From contig CAWBUD010000002.1 in NCBI GenBank assembly GCA_963791945.1, forward strand, positions 882,743 through 946,742: a DNA stretch of 64,000 nucleotides, given 5' to 3'. The position numbers and the translations under genes are program-made. This stretch comes from an uncultured beta proteobacterium. Its GTDB lineage: Bacteria > Pseudomonadota > Gammaproteobacteria > Burkholderiales > Casimicrobiaceae. Position 1 is the stretch's first letter, and each line of letters begins with the position of its first letter. Under the pieces are notes generated by a model. The model saw nothing but the letters and a program-made list of their open reading frames with translations. It made no database searches and was not told the DNA's origin. This document shows positions 21,920 to 34,000 of the stretch, piece by piece.

Positions 21920-24904
21920 CTACCCGTCGAGCGGACTGTCGGCTACCGGGTCTTCTTGGCCGACAAGACCCCGGACCCGAGCGAGCGCGAGACCGAGTTC
22001 CGAATCCGGCCCCGTTCCAACCTCGGCGGCAATCGCTTCAACTGTCGCGAGTGCCCTCGCCGCGGCCTGTGGACACCTCGCAAGATGCTCCGTCTCGGCT
22101 CGGCTGCAAAGTAGGATACCGAGGCTCATGCGGTCGGACACGGCGCGTAACAGTGCCTCGCCCGAATCCAGGCAATGGCGTGCCTCGTCGAATTTGCCCT
22201 GGCGGGCGTGCAGCACCCCGAGGTAGCTGAGAAACTGGCCCTCACGGTGCCGGTCCGCGGATTCACGGGCGATGACCAGCGCCGCCTCGAAGCGCTCCCT
22301 GGCCTCATCGAAACGGGCCAGGCTGTCGTAAACCATTCCCAGATTGCATAGCACGACGCATTCTAGGCGCGCGTGCCCCAGGTCTCGCGCCACAGCCAGC
22401 GCCGCCTCGAGTTGTTCGAGAGCCTCGGTGAATCTTGCCTGCACCTGATGCACCATGCCGAGGTTGCACAGTATGTTGCCTTCCAGTTGTCGGTTGCCGA
22501 CGTCGCGCGCCACGGCAAGCGCCGCTTCGTTTTGCGACCGGGCTTCGTCCATCCTCCCCGCGTTGAAGTGCAGAATGCCCGAGTTGGCAAGGATGCGGCC
22601 CTCTCGCTCTCTGTCCCCAGCCTCACGGGCCGAGGCCAGCGCCTTCTCAAATTGCGCCAGGGCCTCGCCGGTCCTGCCGAGGAAGGTCTCCATGGTACCG
22701 AGACCATTGTAAGCGTCGCTCTGCAGCGTCCGGTCCTTCATTTCGCGTGCGATGACCAGCGCCTCCTCGAATTGCGCGCGGGCCTCGTCCATGCGACCCG
22801 CATTTCGGTCGCAGGTGCCGAGGCCGATGAGCGCGCGGCACTCGCAGCGCCGGTCCCCGACTTTTCGGGCCTGCCCCAGCGATGCTGCGAAATGGGCGTG
22901 CGCCTCGGCGTCCTTTCCGGACCCCACCAGCGCGAGGCCCGCAACGCCATGCACCTTGGCCGCTGCCGCTGCCCCGAGTCCTGGCGTCGCCTCCACCACG
23001 GTCGCGAGATCGATGCCGACCCGGAATGGCCCGCGCAAGCTCAACCCTTCCCAGGCCCCCTCGAGCGTATTGGCGGCCATCTCGGCGTCGCCTCGCGCTG
23101 CGGCTCGGCGACAAGCGACGACGAAGTTGTCGAGCTCGGCGCAGGCATCGGCGATTGCAGCCTTATGGTCCAGACCTGCAAAGTACGCGCCGTGTCGCTC
23201 TTCCGCTGCGAGCAAGGCGGCCGGACCGCTCCCTGTATAGCGCGCCGCCGTGCGCAGGTGCTCCGACGCATACTCCTGCACGCTCCCGAGGAGATCGAAG
23301 CGATCGTCGGTCACCTGCCGGACAAGCGACTTGTGCACGAGTGATTGCAGCGCGTCGATCGGCCACGGCGCGTTGTCGTAGCCGGACAGATCGAGTATCG
23401 CTTCCACCGATTCGAGCTTGAATCCGCCCTCGAGCACCGACAGCTGAGCCAGCGCGGCTTTCTCAGGTAGCGACAGCAGATCCCAGGACCAATCAAATAC
23501 CGCGCGCAGCGTCGCCTGCCGATCCAGGCGGCCCCGCGTCGATGAGAGCAGCTTGAACCGCTCGCTCATGCGCAAAAGCAGCATCCGCGGAGGCATCACG
23601 CGCACGCGAGCCGCCGCCAGTTCGATCGCCAGCGGCAGGCCCTCCAGCAGCTTCACGAGGGGGCCGATAGCCGATTGATCCTCGGCGTTGGGTCGGAACC
23701 CGGGCTTCGCCGCCTCTGCCCTGCGCATGAACAGTGCCGCGGCGTCGGACGACGCCAATGCCGGCAGCGTGAGAATCTCTTCTCCGGGCAGCCCCAGCAC
23801 TTCGCGCGTCGTTACCAGGAAACGTGCGGCGCTCGCGCGGCTGAGCCACCGGCCCAGTGTTTCCTCCGCGTGGCGCGCGACCTGCTCGAAGTTGTCGAGG
23901 ATCATTAAACATTGTCCGCGCCCCGCGATAGCGTGCCCGAGCTGGGTCACCGGATCCTCTTTGCCCAAGGGCACGTCGAGCCCTTGGGCAACGGCATGAA
24001 CGATGCCGTCCAGACTTCGAGCCTGCGACAGATCGCAGAACCAGACGCCGCCTTGAAATCCCCCAAGCGCAGTCCACCCGAACCGGGTGACCAGACGCGT
24101 CTTGCCAGTGCCACCCAAGCCGAGAACCGAGACGACGCGCGCCCCGGCCTCCAGGCGTCGGGCCAGTTCGGCTAATTGCTCACTACGGCCGACGAAGGCA
24201 TCGCGCTCGGCCGGCAGGCTGTGACCCGTGAGTGACGCCAACGGCGGAAAATCAGCGCGCAAGTCCGATGCGACGATCTGCAGCAGGCGTTCGGGACTGG
24301 GCAAGCCTTTCAGGTGATGCTCGCCCATTTCGCGCAGCGTGACGCCTTCGGGTAACTGTGCGCGGGTCATCTCCGCCGTGGCGGCAGAGAGCAAGACCTG
24401 CTCGCCGTGAGCGGCGGACATGATCCGCGCCGCCCGATTCAACGACGCACCGAAATAATCGCCATCCCGAAGTTCCGCAACGCCGGTGTGCAAGCCCATC
24501 CGCACTTTGAGCGTAACTGGCAGTCGAGCGTCAAATGCCGTTGGCTTGGGAGCCGAGACGCTGGTTTCCGGCACCTGGAAGGCACGCTGGGCAGCGAGGC
24601 ATGCCGCGAGCGCATCCGCCGCCGCGCCGAAGACCGCAAGTACGCCATCGCCGGTGGTCTTGACGATGCGTCCGTGGGATGACTCGATCGCATGGCGCAA
24701 CAGGGCGTCGTGCCGCGCCAGCGCAACCTGCATCGCATCGGGATGTTGCTCCCACAAGCTTGTGCTGCCCTCGATATCCGTGAACAGGAAAGTCACCGTG
24801 CCGGTCGGCAACGTTGAGTCAGTGTGAGATTGCGCAGGCATGGCAGCGTCTTGAGACTGATACGTCAGCCGATGCATTCTGCGGATCGCTACCGATTTGC
24901 GCAA
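21920..24904 (-). CDS. Class III adenylate/guanylate cyclase domain fused to a STAND (NB-ARC-like) P-loop ATPase and C-terminal TPR array
   Basis: GTVTFLFTDIEGSTSLWE...KTTGDGVLAVFG...LKVRMGLHTGVAELRDGDYFGASLNRAARI (cyclase); FVGRSEQLAEL...VLGLGGTGKTRL (Walker A); ILDNFEQV; many ~40-aa TPR-like repeats. An alternative start lies at 24841. Confidence 0.85.
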   Translation of the reverse strand: MRKSVAIRRMHRLTYQSQDAAMPAQSHTDSTLPTGTVTFLFTDIEGSTSLWEQHPDAMQVALARHDALLRHAIESSHGRIVKTTGDGVLAVFGAAADALAACLAAQRAFQVPETSVSAPKPTAFDARLPVTLKVRMGLHTGVAELRDGDYFGASLNRAARIMSAAHGEQVLLSAATAEMTRAQLPEGVTLREMGEHHLKGLPSPERLLQIVASDLRADFPPLASLTGHSLPAERDAFVGRSEQLAELARRLEAGARVVSVLGLGGTGKTRLVTRFGWTALGGFQGGVWFCDLSQARSLDGIVHAVAQGLDVPLGKEDPVTQLGHAIAGRGQCLMILDNFEQVARHAEETLGRWLSRASAARFLVTTREVLGLPGEEILTLPALASSDAAALFMRRAEAAKPGFRPNAEDQSAIGPLVKLLEGLPLAIELAAARVRVMPPRMLLLRMSERFKLLSSTRGRLDRQATLRAVFDWSWDLLSLPEKAALAQLSVLEGGFKLESVEAILDLSGYDNAPWPIDALQSLVHKSLVRQVTDDRFDLLGSVQEYASEHLRTAARYTGSGPAALLAAEERHGAYFAGLDHKAAIADACAELDNFVVACRRAAARGDAEMAANTLEGAWEGLSLRGPFRVGIDLATVVEATPGLGAAAAAKVHGVAGLALVGSGKDAEAHAHFAASLGQARKVGDRRCECRALIGLGTCDRNAGRMDEARAQFEEALVIAREMKDRTLQSDAYNGLGTMETFLGRTGEALAQFEKALASAREAGDREREGRILANSGILHFNAGRMDEARSQNEAALAVARDVGNRQLEGNILCNLGMVHQVQARFTEALEQLEAALAVARDLGHARLECVVLCNLGMVYDSLARFDEARERFEAALVIARESADRHREGQFLSYLGVLHARQGKFDEARHCLDSGEALLRAVSDRMSLGILLCSRAETEHLARCPQAAARALATVEAIAAEVGTGPDSELGLALARVRGLVGQEDPVADSPLDG

Positions 24905-25031
24905 GAATCAGCGACGCGCCTGCAGGAAAGCGCGTCGGCCGCTGTCATGTCTTCGAACGCACGGCGCACGGGGACAGACTCCGAACGGCATCGGCGGACG
25001 GAACAAGCGTCCGCCGGTGCGTGGCCGGCCG

Positions 25032-28000
25032 TTACGGGGCGACGAAATTCTGACTGTGGGAGGAGATGTTGAACACGTCCGCGAATAGCTCGGGAGTCAG
25101 GAGATCCTGGGAGAAGGCGAAGACCGTTACCTGATAGGTTGCGCCGCTGGTCAGGGTCAATCCCGAAAACGCCGCGGAGCTCGAACCCCGGGAGACAATC
25201 TTTTCATCCGTAATCCCCGCGAAGGGCACAGGATTCACGCGAACCAGGAACGAATGCGCGCCCCCTGGCTGCGTCCAGGCGACGCTCAAGGTTCCCGTCC
25301 CAGCCTGCAAGCTCGTGATCTGGGGCGCTGCCAGTTGATTTGCCGCATTCAGGGAAACCGTGCCTGTGAACGCAGTACTTCCAGTGGTGCCCTGGCCCGT
25401 GTAGTTGCCCGTCACGGGCAGAGCGAATGTCCAGCAGATGGATCGGTCTGCGATATTCTCGAACTCGGTTTTCGGCCCGGAGCCAATGAAGTGCCCGAGC
25501 GCGCGAACCGCTCCCGTCGCGATCGGGGACACCGTGTTGGTCGTGGTGTCGAACGTCCGAGCGCCGTTCGCCGTCGCTGCGTAGACGCGCGCGCCGTCCG
25601 GAGTGACCGCCACGCCATTCACTTGGCCTCCCGTAGTTCCCAGTGCAACGGTGTTGGAAATCGAATTCGTGGCCGGGTTGATTTCCGCGACACTGGTACC
25701 GTCCGATTCGTAGACGGGAGCGCCGCTCGGATCGACGGCGATTCCGTTGTTGGCGAAGGCAGAAGGGATTGGAATCGTAGCGACGACCGAGCTCGTGGCG
25801 ATATCGATTACCGCAACGCTCGCGCTCCCGTCCGACCACGCGTACAGGCGCGTATCGTCCGTAGAGATGGCGATCGTTCCGAATGTGGAGAGAGCTCCTT
25901 TCGGTATCGAGCCGATGACAAGATTGCTCGCGGTATCGACGATCGCGATGCCCGGGCCGTAGGCGACATACAGGCGTGTCCCCGCATTGTTGACGACGAC
26001 ATCCACTGCTCCTGCGGCCGGGATCGCCGCAATCACCGAGTTAGTGCCGGCGTCGATGACCGAGACCGTACCGGCCGTGGAGGTTGAGACATAGACGCGC
26101 GTTCCGGACGGATTGACGCCCAGCCCTTGCGGCCCGGCTCCGACCGCGACGGTCGCGATCACCGCATTCGTGGACGCGTCGACAACCGAGACGGTGTTGT
26201 CGCCGAAATTTGACACGTAGACGCGCGTGCCCGCGGGGTTCACGATGGCCGAGTAGGGATTGGTTCCCACACTGACAGTCGCTGTAACGCTGTTCGTCTC
26301 CGTATCCACGACCACCAGCTTGCCCGTCGCCGTCGTGAAATACGCAAAGGGAGCCGCGTCGACTACGGGTTGCGCTCCCTCGGGCTGGTAGCGGGCGCAG
26401 CTGAACGAATTGCCGGCGTTCCATGAAGGCGGCCCGGTCACGGTGACTGAAGGAAGCGTTCCGGCGACCGTGGTCGGATCGAACAGAAAGCTGGTGCCGA
26501 CCAGTCCGAGGTCATGATCGACATAGGTGCCGGCGGCAAGGGGAAGGGACTGGCTCGCTTCATACGCGCCCATGTCCGCGGCTCCGCCCGACACTCGCGG
26601 GAAGCCGAACCCGCGCTGATCGGTGGTCAGGGCAAGCACGTTGCTTCCGGTGTTGCGCGCCGGGCTCCCCGGAAGCAGCGCGTGCGTGCGCGTCGTCCCG
26701 CCGTTGAACGCCAATGGCGCTACGAGGGGATCGGGGCCGACGAGCGCGCCCGGACCCGACACGACGATCGCGCAGGACAAGCAGGGTTTCTGGATCAGCG
26801 AATTGGAGGCGTTGATCCCGAACGTCGGGATCGTGGCTGTACTCGTTGAGACGTCGGCGCCGTCGCCATTGTTGTTGGCCAGGATGGACGAAACGATCCT
26901 CAGCGAAGGCGGCGTCGTGTTGTTCGCCGACGGGGGATAAGTCGCACCTGAGCTCATGATGATGCCGCCGGTGCGGGTCGGTGCGGCCGAGTTGCCATTG
27001 ACCGTGGTGTTGTCTAACTCCAGGGCCAGGTTGCCAAATGCGACCATCGCGCCGGCTGTCGCAGCCGAACTATTGCCCGAGATCGTCGAATTGACGATCC
27101 TGACCGCCATCGCGTCACCTGGCCCCTGACGGTTCACCGGACTGTTGGTCGGATGAAGCCCACCACTTCGCGTCGCGTCGCTCAGGGTGATGTCGTCGGC
27201 GGTGTTCTCGGCGATCTCCGAGTTCGCGATCAGCAACGACTTGGCTAACCCTTCAAACGCCCCGCCGTGATAGACCTTGCCAGGGACCGGCGGGTTGGGT
27301 GCCTCGACATGATTGTCGACGATGATCGTGTCGGAAATGACTATGTCCGCCAGCGACCAAGACCGGATAGCACCGCCGCGCCCGTTCAGTGCCAGCGCCT
27401 GCGAACTATTGCCGCGAAATTCGCTTCCCGTGATGTTGACCGACACCGGCGTCAGGGATGGGAGGTCCGTCAGAGTGTTCAGTGGACCCAGACATCGCTC
27501 GACCACGTACAGGCCGCCGCCCACGGCACCTTCGGCACCGGTCGGGAAGAGATCGGTCGCAACGTTGTTGAGGAACTGCGAGTTGGAAATGTTGAGCACT
27601 TGCCCGGGGTACTGGATTAGAGACAAGAGGCCGCCGCCACTGCGCGCAACGCTGTTGTCGATTATCACCGAATCGAGCAGGAGGCTGTGCTCGGTGAATA
27701 TCGCGCCCCCCGTATTGTCGACGTTGCGGCGTGCATTACTCAGTCTGACGCGACGGATCGACACCAGGTAATCTGGTCCGTCTTTCGCTGGACATGCCGG
27801 ATCGGTCACGAAGATCGAGAAAATACGGCTGTTGGCGCTGCCATCGATCGTGAGGTTGTCCACGCCCGGCCCGTCGATCTGAAGCGACCGGGAAATTTGG
27901 ATTTGTCCCGAAGTCAGCACGATCGTACCCATCAGGCCAGGAGCGAAATTGACGATATTCGGCCCTGGCGCCGCAGCGTTGGCGCTCGTAATCGCCGCGC

Positions 28001-31000
28001 GCAGGCTTCCGGGACCGCGGTCGTTGAGGTTGGTCACCGTGAACGTTTGCGGTGGCGGCCCAGCAGGTCCTACGGCGAACGTTAGCGTCGTCTGAGGCGA
28101 GCCATTGTAATTGGCGTCACCGGCCTGGTCTGCCGCGATCGTGCATTGACCAGTGGCGACGAGCGTCACCAGGGAAGCGTTGGCGGCAGCGCCGCCCATT
28201 GTGCATACCGATGGCGTCAGCGAAGTGAACGTAATGGGCATGGTCGATGGCGCTGCCGTTGGGCTCGTGCTTGTCGCGTTGACGAAGACAAATGCCTGCC
28301 CTACGGTTACGCCCGCCGGTGCCGGTCCGAAGGTGATCCCCTGGGCAGCGCTGTTGACGGTAAATGTCCGCGCCACCGGCGTGGCCGCGAAATACGTGGC
28401 GTTTCCCGATTGGCTGGCGGTGATCGTGCAGCTTCCGACGCCACCCACTTGCACCATGTCGCCAGCCACCACGCACGGACCGCTCGCCGTGAACGACAGC
28501 GGCAATCCGGAGCCCGTGGAGGCATTCAGCGCGAACGCAGGTTGGCCATAGCTCGTGTCGGCGGGAGGACCGAAGGTGATGCTCTGCGCGAGCCACGGGC
28601 CCGCGAGCGTGCTCGCGAGCTCGACGACATACGACTTGATCACGCCGTCCGCCGGATCCTGTATAGCGAGCGTCGTGAGCAGGTTGCCGCTCGGCGTTAC
28701 GGCGACCGGCGCCGGCACGCCGTAGTTGCTGATGCCAAGGGCGCCGTTGTTGCCGAACGTTGTGTCGAGTGATCCATTTAGCAGCAGGCGCACGAAGCCG
28801 CCGATGTTGACGTCCGCGTCGCTGGCGTCGCCGATGATCACCGTCTTGCCGTCCGGCTGCAGGCTGACGCCGAAGCATCCCTGGTCGAACCGGGGCTCGA
28901 GCACCTGCCCGCCGCTGCCGAAGCCGGCGTCGAGCGTGCCGTCGGCGTTGAAGCGCGCGATGCCGCACCCGGCGAAGGTCGTGCCGTCGAGGTTGAGGAG
29001 ATTGCCGATCAGCACGAGCTTGCCGTCCGGCTGCAGCACGAGCTTGCGGCCGAGATTGGCGCCGGGGGATCCCGCGATGCGGGTCGTCGCGACCCCGTTG
29101 GTCCCGAAGGTCGGGTCGAGCGCGCCGCCGGCGTCGATTCGCAGCACGAGGAAAAGATCGGAGCCGAGCACCCCGGGCGTGGGACGAGTGCGACCTCCGA
29201 CGACGATCTTGCCGTCGGGCTGGATCGCGACCGATCTGCCCTGATCGTTGACGGGCGAAATCGAGAATGTCGCGACCCCGCCGCTGCCGAAGCTGGCGTC
29301 GAGCGCGCCGGCGCTCGTCAGCCGCGCGACAAAAATGTGGACGCCTTCGGTCTGGGTGGGCAGCGTGCTGCCCGCGATCACGCCGCGCCCAGAGGCGTCG
29401 ACCGCGAATCCGCTGATTGCGACGAAAAGCGGCAGCGAATCCAGCACCGCGACACCTCCGGTTCCGAACGAGACGTCGGCCGCGCCTGTGCTGGTGAACT
29501 TGGCGACGAAGGGTACGTCGTTGGTACCATTGTTCCGGATGCCGCCGACCAGGAACGTGCCGTCGGCGTTGACTGAGATGCCGCTCATCTCGGGGTAGAC
29601 GTTGGTCACCGAGGTCACCACGCGCCCGTTGGCCCCGAACGACGCGTCGAGCGCACCGGTCGCCAGGTAATGCCCGAGCTGCAGCGTGCAAAGGTTCGTC
29701 TGCGGATCGCAGCCGATCGCGCTCGCGACCAAAATCCGACCGTCCGGCAGCACGGCGATCAAACCGAACGCGGCCGCGATCGGCACATCGCCGAACAGCG
29801 CATAGCCGCCGTTGCCGAAGCTCGCCACGGGCTGCCCGTCGGAGCCGCTGCCGCCGAACACCGTGCCGCCCTTGTCGACGTCGTAGGTCTCGCCGCTGAA
29901 CGGCGTGCCCGCGAGCGTGACGTTGCCAGCGTCGACGATGCCGGTGCCATTGGCGACGTCGAGGCGCAACGTGCCCGTTCCGCGGCCGGTGTTCACCGTC
30001 ACGGTCCACGTCGTGCCGGCACCGCTGACCGAAGTGACCGAGGCGCCGGTGATCCCGCTCACCGTCACCGCGAAATTGCCCATTGCGACGCCCGTCACCG
30101 CTTCGCTGAATGTCGCGGTGTAGGTGACGGAGTCGGCCATCGTCGGCGAGGGAACAGCGCGAGCGAGCGACACCACCATCGGCGCCGCGACGATCGAGAA
30201 CGTCCGCGCGACCTGCGGCGCCGGATTGGTGTTTGCGTCGCCCGCCTGGTCGGCGGTGATCGTGCAGCTCCCGGCTGCGGCCAGATGGACGGTGTTACCG
30301 GCAACCGTGCAGGCGCCGCTCGCGCCGAACGTCACGGCGAGGCCCGAGCTCGCCGTCGCGAACAGCGCGAAGTCCGGGTCGCCGAAGATCTTGTCGGCGA
30401 GCGGATCGAACGCGATGCTCTGCGCGAGCTTGGGCACCGTGAACTGCTGATTCAAGGCGAGGCTGGTCGCCGCATACGTCGCGTTGCCGCCGAACGATGC
30501 CAGCGTCGCCGTGTAGTTACCGGCAAGCAATCCCGGCGGCGGGAGTTTTGCCCGACCGACATTGTCGGTGGTCACCCAGAGGGTCTTCGCGCCTCCGGGT
30601 CCTGTCACAGAGAAACTGACGGCCTCCTGCTGAAGCGCCTCGATCTTGCCACCCAGCGTCCCGGTGAGCGTCGCGCCGGCCGGCGGCAGTGCAGCGAGCG
30701 TGGCGGTTGCCTTGGCGACCGTGAAGGTCGTCGTGGTCGATGAAGGCTGAAAGACGTCATCGCCAGCAAACGATACGGTCATCTGATACGTGCCGGGAGG
30801 GACATCCACGGGCAACTTCACGGTGACGCTCCCGTCAGCGGCGGTCGTGCCAACCTGAGTCGTGCCGCCGATGGTCACGATAACCGTCTTCCCGGCAACC
30901 GGCACGCCGGCAAAGGTGAGCTTGGTGGTGACATTCACGCTGTCGCCGACGGTTGCATTGCTCGGTGGCGAGATGAGCGCGGGCATCGTTGCCGCGGGGG

Positions 31001-34000
31001 TCGTTCCGCCGAGGCGATAGTACGCGCCGCGATTATCATCGAGCCCAACGAGTCCGACGCCGCTCACTGCCTGCGCGATGTATCGCAGATTGGTCGGCAC
31101 GCTGGCGAGGCGCCCGCTCCACAGGCGCGAGTCTTCGGTGCTACACGCCGCCGGTAATGGAGTGACACATTGGCTCAAGTCGAGCGACGTCCAGGCATTC
31201 GCGCCGTCGCTCGTGTACGTGACCCATACCTGATGGATCGCCGCTGCCGGGTCGCCGGTGACTTGAGCGGTAAAGAGCACGCCGCCGGCGTTCGGCTGCG
31301 CGTCCACGCTGACGATCGACGGCGCGTCGGAAAGCGCCGCCTGGCTCAGGTTGCCGCTGTAATACAGGCGAAAGCCGAGGCCTGTATACATGCGCCGCGT
31401 GCTGGTGCCGTCGGCGGCGCTGGCAACGATATGCTGCGTCGGCGTGACGAGCAACTCGGTCCCGCCGCTTCCGGCCAGGGCGCCGAAATAATTGGGAGCG
31501 AAGATCCTGCCGGGATAGAAGACCGGAGAGATGAAGGGCACGTGGACGCCGCGCAGCTCGGTCGTTGGCGCACCCGAGAAGGGAATCAGCGGGGCAGAAT
31601 CGACGTAGCTGCCGCCGCGGAAGCCGATTCCGCGCAACACGAGGCTCGGATCGTTCGGCGTCACGTTGAGCGCGGCGAGCGGCAGCACCGGCTCGCCAGG
31701 CTTGCTCACGACGCCGTCGGGTCCGCTCAACCACTTGGCAGTGATGTTAGGTCCGCCCGCTACGCTCGTGAGATTCTTTGCCTGTGGCGTCAGCGCTGGC
31801 GCTACGCTTAAGTCGTAGGTCTCGAGCCCGAGTGAATGGGCCGGACCCGAGGCTACCGGCACCGGCACAATCGCGCTGCCGCCACCCGGTCCGGCGCCGC
31901 GTCCAGAAGGCATGTTGATGGCGAGCATGGGCAAGCCGAACAACGTCACCTCGAGCAACGCCTTCTCCGGAATCCCGCGGATTTCCGGCGTCGTCGCCAG
32001 GTAGTCGAGCTTTGCCGCGACCAGCGCCGCGCCGACCGCGACCGCGCCGGTGCCGGCGCGCAACTCCCGCGCGAAATTGAGGTGGATCTGATCGCTATAT
32101 TCGATGAAGTCGGTATCGCCGTACTGGTAGCCCGTGCCCGCGATCAGGGTGGCCTTCTTCCGGGCGAACACCTGCGCCCAGTCCAGGGGGAGCGTCACCC
32201 CGGGGATTGCATCCTTGTCCACGAGGTTGTAGCCGGAGTGGCAGCCGGCGCTGAAAACGATCGAGTTGGTGAAGTCTGTCGTTGACGACGCGACATCGGT
32301 CGTGACGAGACTGGTCGAGAAATCGGCGGCGAGCGCGCTGTTGGCGCTGAAGTGCCCCGCGAGGAAGATGACATCGTGCCGGGCGCCGAACAGCTTGCCG
32401 GCGAGGTCAGTGGCTGTCCACGGTCCGGCCGGAAACGGTCTCGAATCCTGCGGCGACACGCCGTCGGGCGTGATCAGCTTGTCCATCGCTGCGCCTGTGG
32501 CGCCGATGCCGGATGCCAACTCGGTCTCGACCGCGTTGGCCGGCTGCGCGAGGAAGTCGTAGCCGGTCACGAGCGAGGAGCTCGGCACGACGACCCCATT
32601 GGCCGCAACGTAAGCATCGATGACCCCGCCGATCTCGGTCGCGGTCTCGACCAGACGGCCGACCGCGAGCCCCGGCACTGGAAAGTCGTTCGAGGGCAGC
32701 GAGAGCGCGGTCTTGGAGCCGTACGCGTCCTGGCTCAGCACGAAGTTGAGGCTCAAGCTCGCCTGGGATTCGGAGTTGCTCTGCACCGGCGGCACGAAAT
32801 CGACTTCCTGCGCGAGCGTGCTTTCGTCCGGTGAACGGAAGAACGGAATCGCGGCATCGTTGCCGACGATCACTACATACTGCAGCGGGTTGGCCCGGTA
32901 CGAGTCGACGATGCCCTTGATCTCCTGCGCTACCAGGTTGACTGCAAACGGGCAGGCTGGGTTTTTCGCCGCTTGCTGTTTGAGCGCACTTACCCGGGCG
33001 TCGCCAGCGACATCGACGACCACGCCGCTCACCTCGCTGCGCTGCGCGAACGCGGCGAGCTTGGTGCGCAGCGTCGCCCCGTCGGGTTCCGGCAGGGTCG
33101 CGTCGAGCGCGACCACGGACGAATCGGTGAGAATCACCGTCTTCAACCCTGTCGCCATCATCGGCGCACGCGGCGTGAGCGTGATGTCGGTGACGGCGGT
33201 GCAGGTCGTGGGCCCCTTGCTGATGCTCAAGGTGAAAGGCGTGCTGGTGTTGAAGGCCCCACCGCGGCCAGCCACCCGCACGTAGAAGTTTCCGGTGCTG
33301 TTCCAGGTGTTGACGACCAGCGATTTGTCGCCCGTGCCGGCGACGGCCGACACCGAAATGACGCTTCGCGTCTGCGCGGTCGAGAACGCCTGCGCGATCT
33401 CCGTGGAGCTGAAAATCGTCGGCGAGAAGATCGTCGGCGAGAAGATCGTCGGGCTGAAGATCGTCGGCGAGAAGATGGTCGGGCTGAAGATCGTCGGGGA
33501 GAAGATAGTCGGACTGAAGATCGTCGGCGAGAAGATGGTCGGGCTGAAGATCGTCGGCGAGAAGATGGTCGGGCTGAAGATCGTCGGGCTGTACGCATCC
33601 GGGCTGAAGATGGTCGGCGAGAAGACGGTCGGGCTGAAGATCGTCGGCGCGTATTCGGCCGTCAGCTTCAGCAGATCGACGGTGCTCCCCGACCCGGGCG
33701 TGAATTGGTTGGCGAACGTCTGCGCGATGTCCTTGAACACCGCGAGGCTGTAGTCGGCGGGAAGGTTGGCGAGCTTTACGGTGATGCTCTGCCCCGGCGT
33801 GATGCTGAATCGGTACCAGCGCGCCTTGCCCGGCGCATCGATGAAGTCCTGCACAGTCGCCGGCGAGCCAACGAGAGCAAACGCCTTGGGCCAGGAATCA
33901 TTGTCGCGTGAGCTGACGAGGCACGCGGACATCGGGCTTGCGGTCGGGGAGGTCACTTGCAGCGCCACGAAGGCACCCGGATTGACGCCCGAAACGGACA

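Noticed and set aside
22373-23421. Plus-strand ORFs (323, 162 and 179 aa) inside the cyclase-STAND-TPR gene
   Set aside because: Antisense or alternative frames of a well-supported 994-aa gene; Arg/Pro/Ala-rich.
33409-33650. Possible CRISPR or minisatellite outside coding context
   Set aside because: No spacers, and it is in frame within the giant ORF. It encodes a conserved pentapeptide.
25204-33911. Numerous 60-630-aa ORFs in other frames of the giant gene (for example 28117..30009, 29670..30743, 32973..33911)
   Set aside because: Alternative frames of one continuous 9.6-kb ORF whose own frame shows coherent domain repeats. The others are Arg/Gly-rich low complexity.
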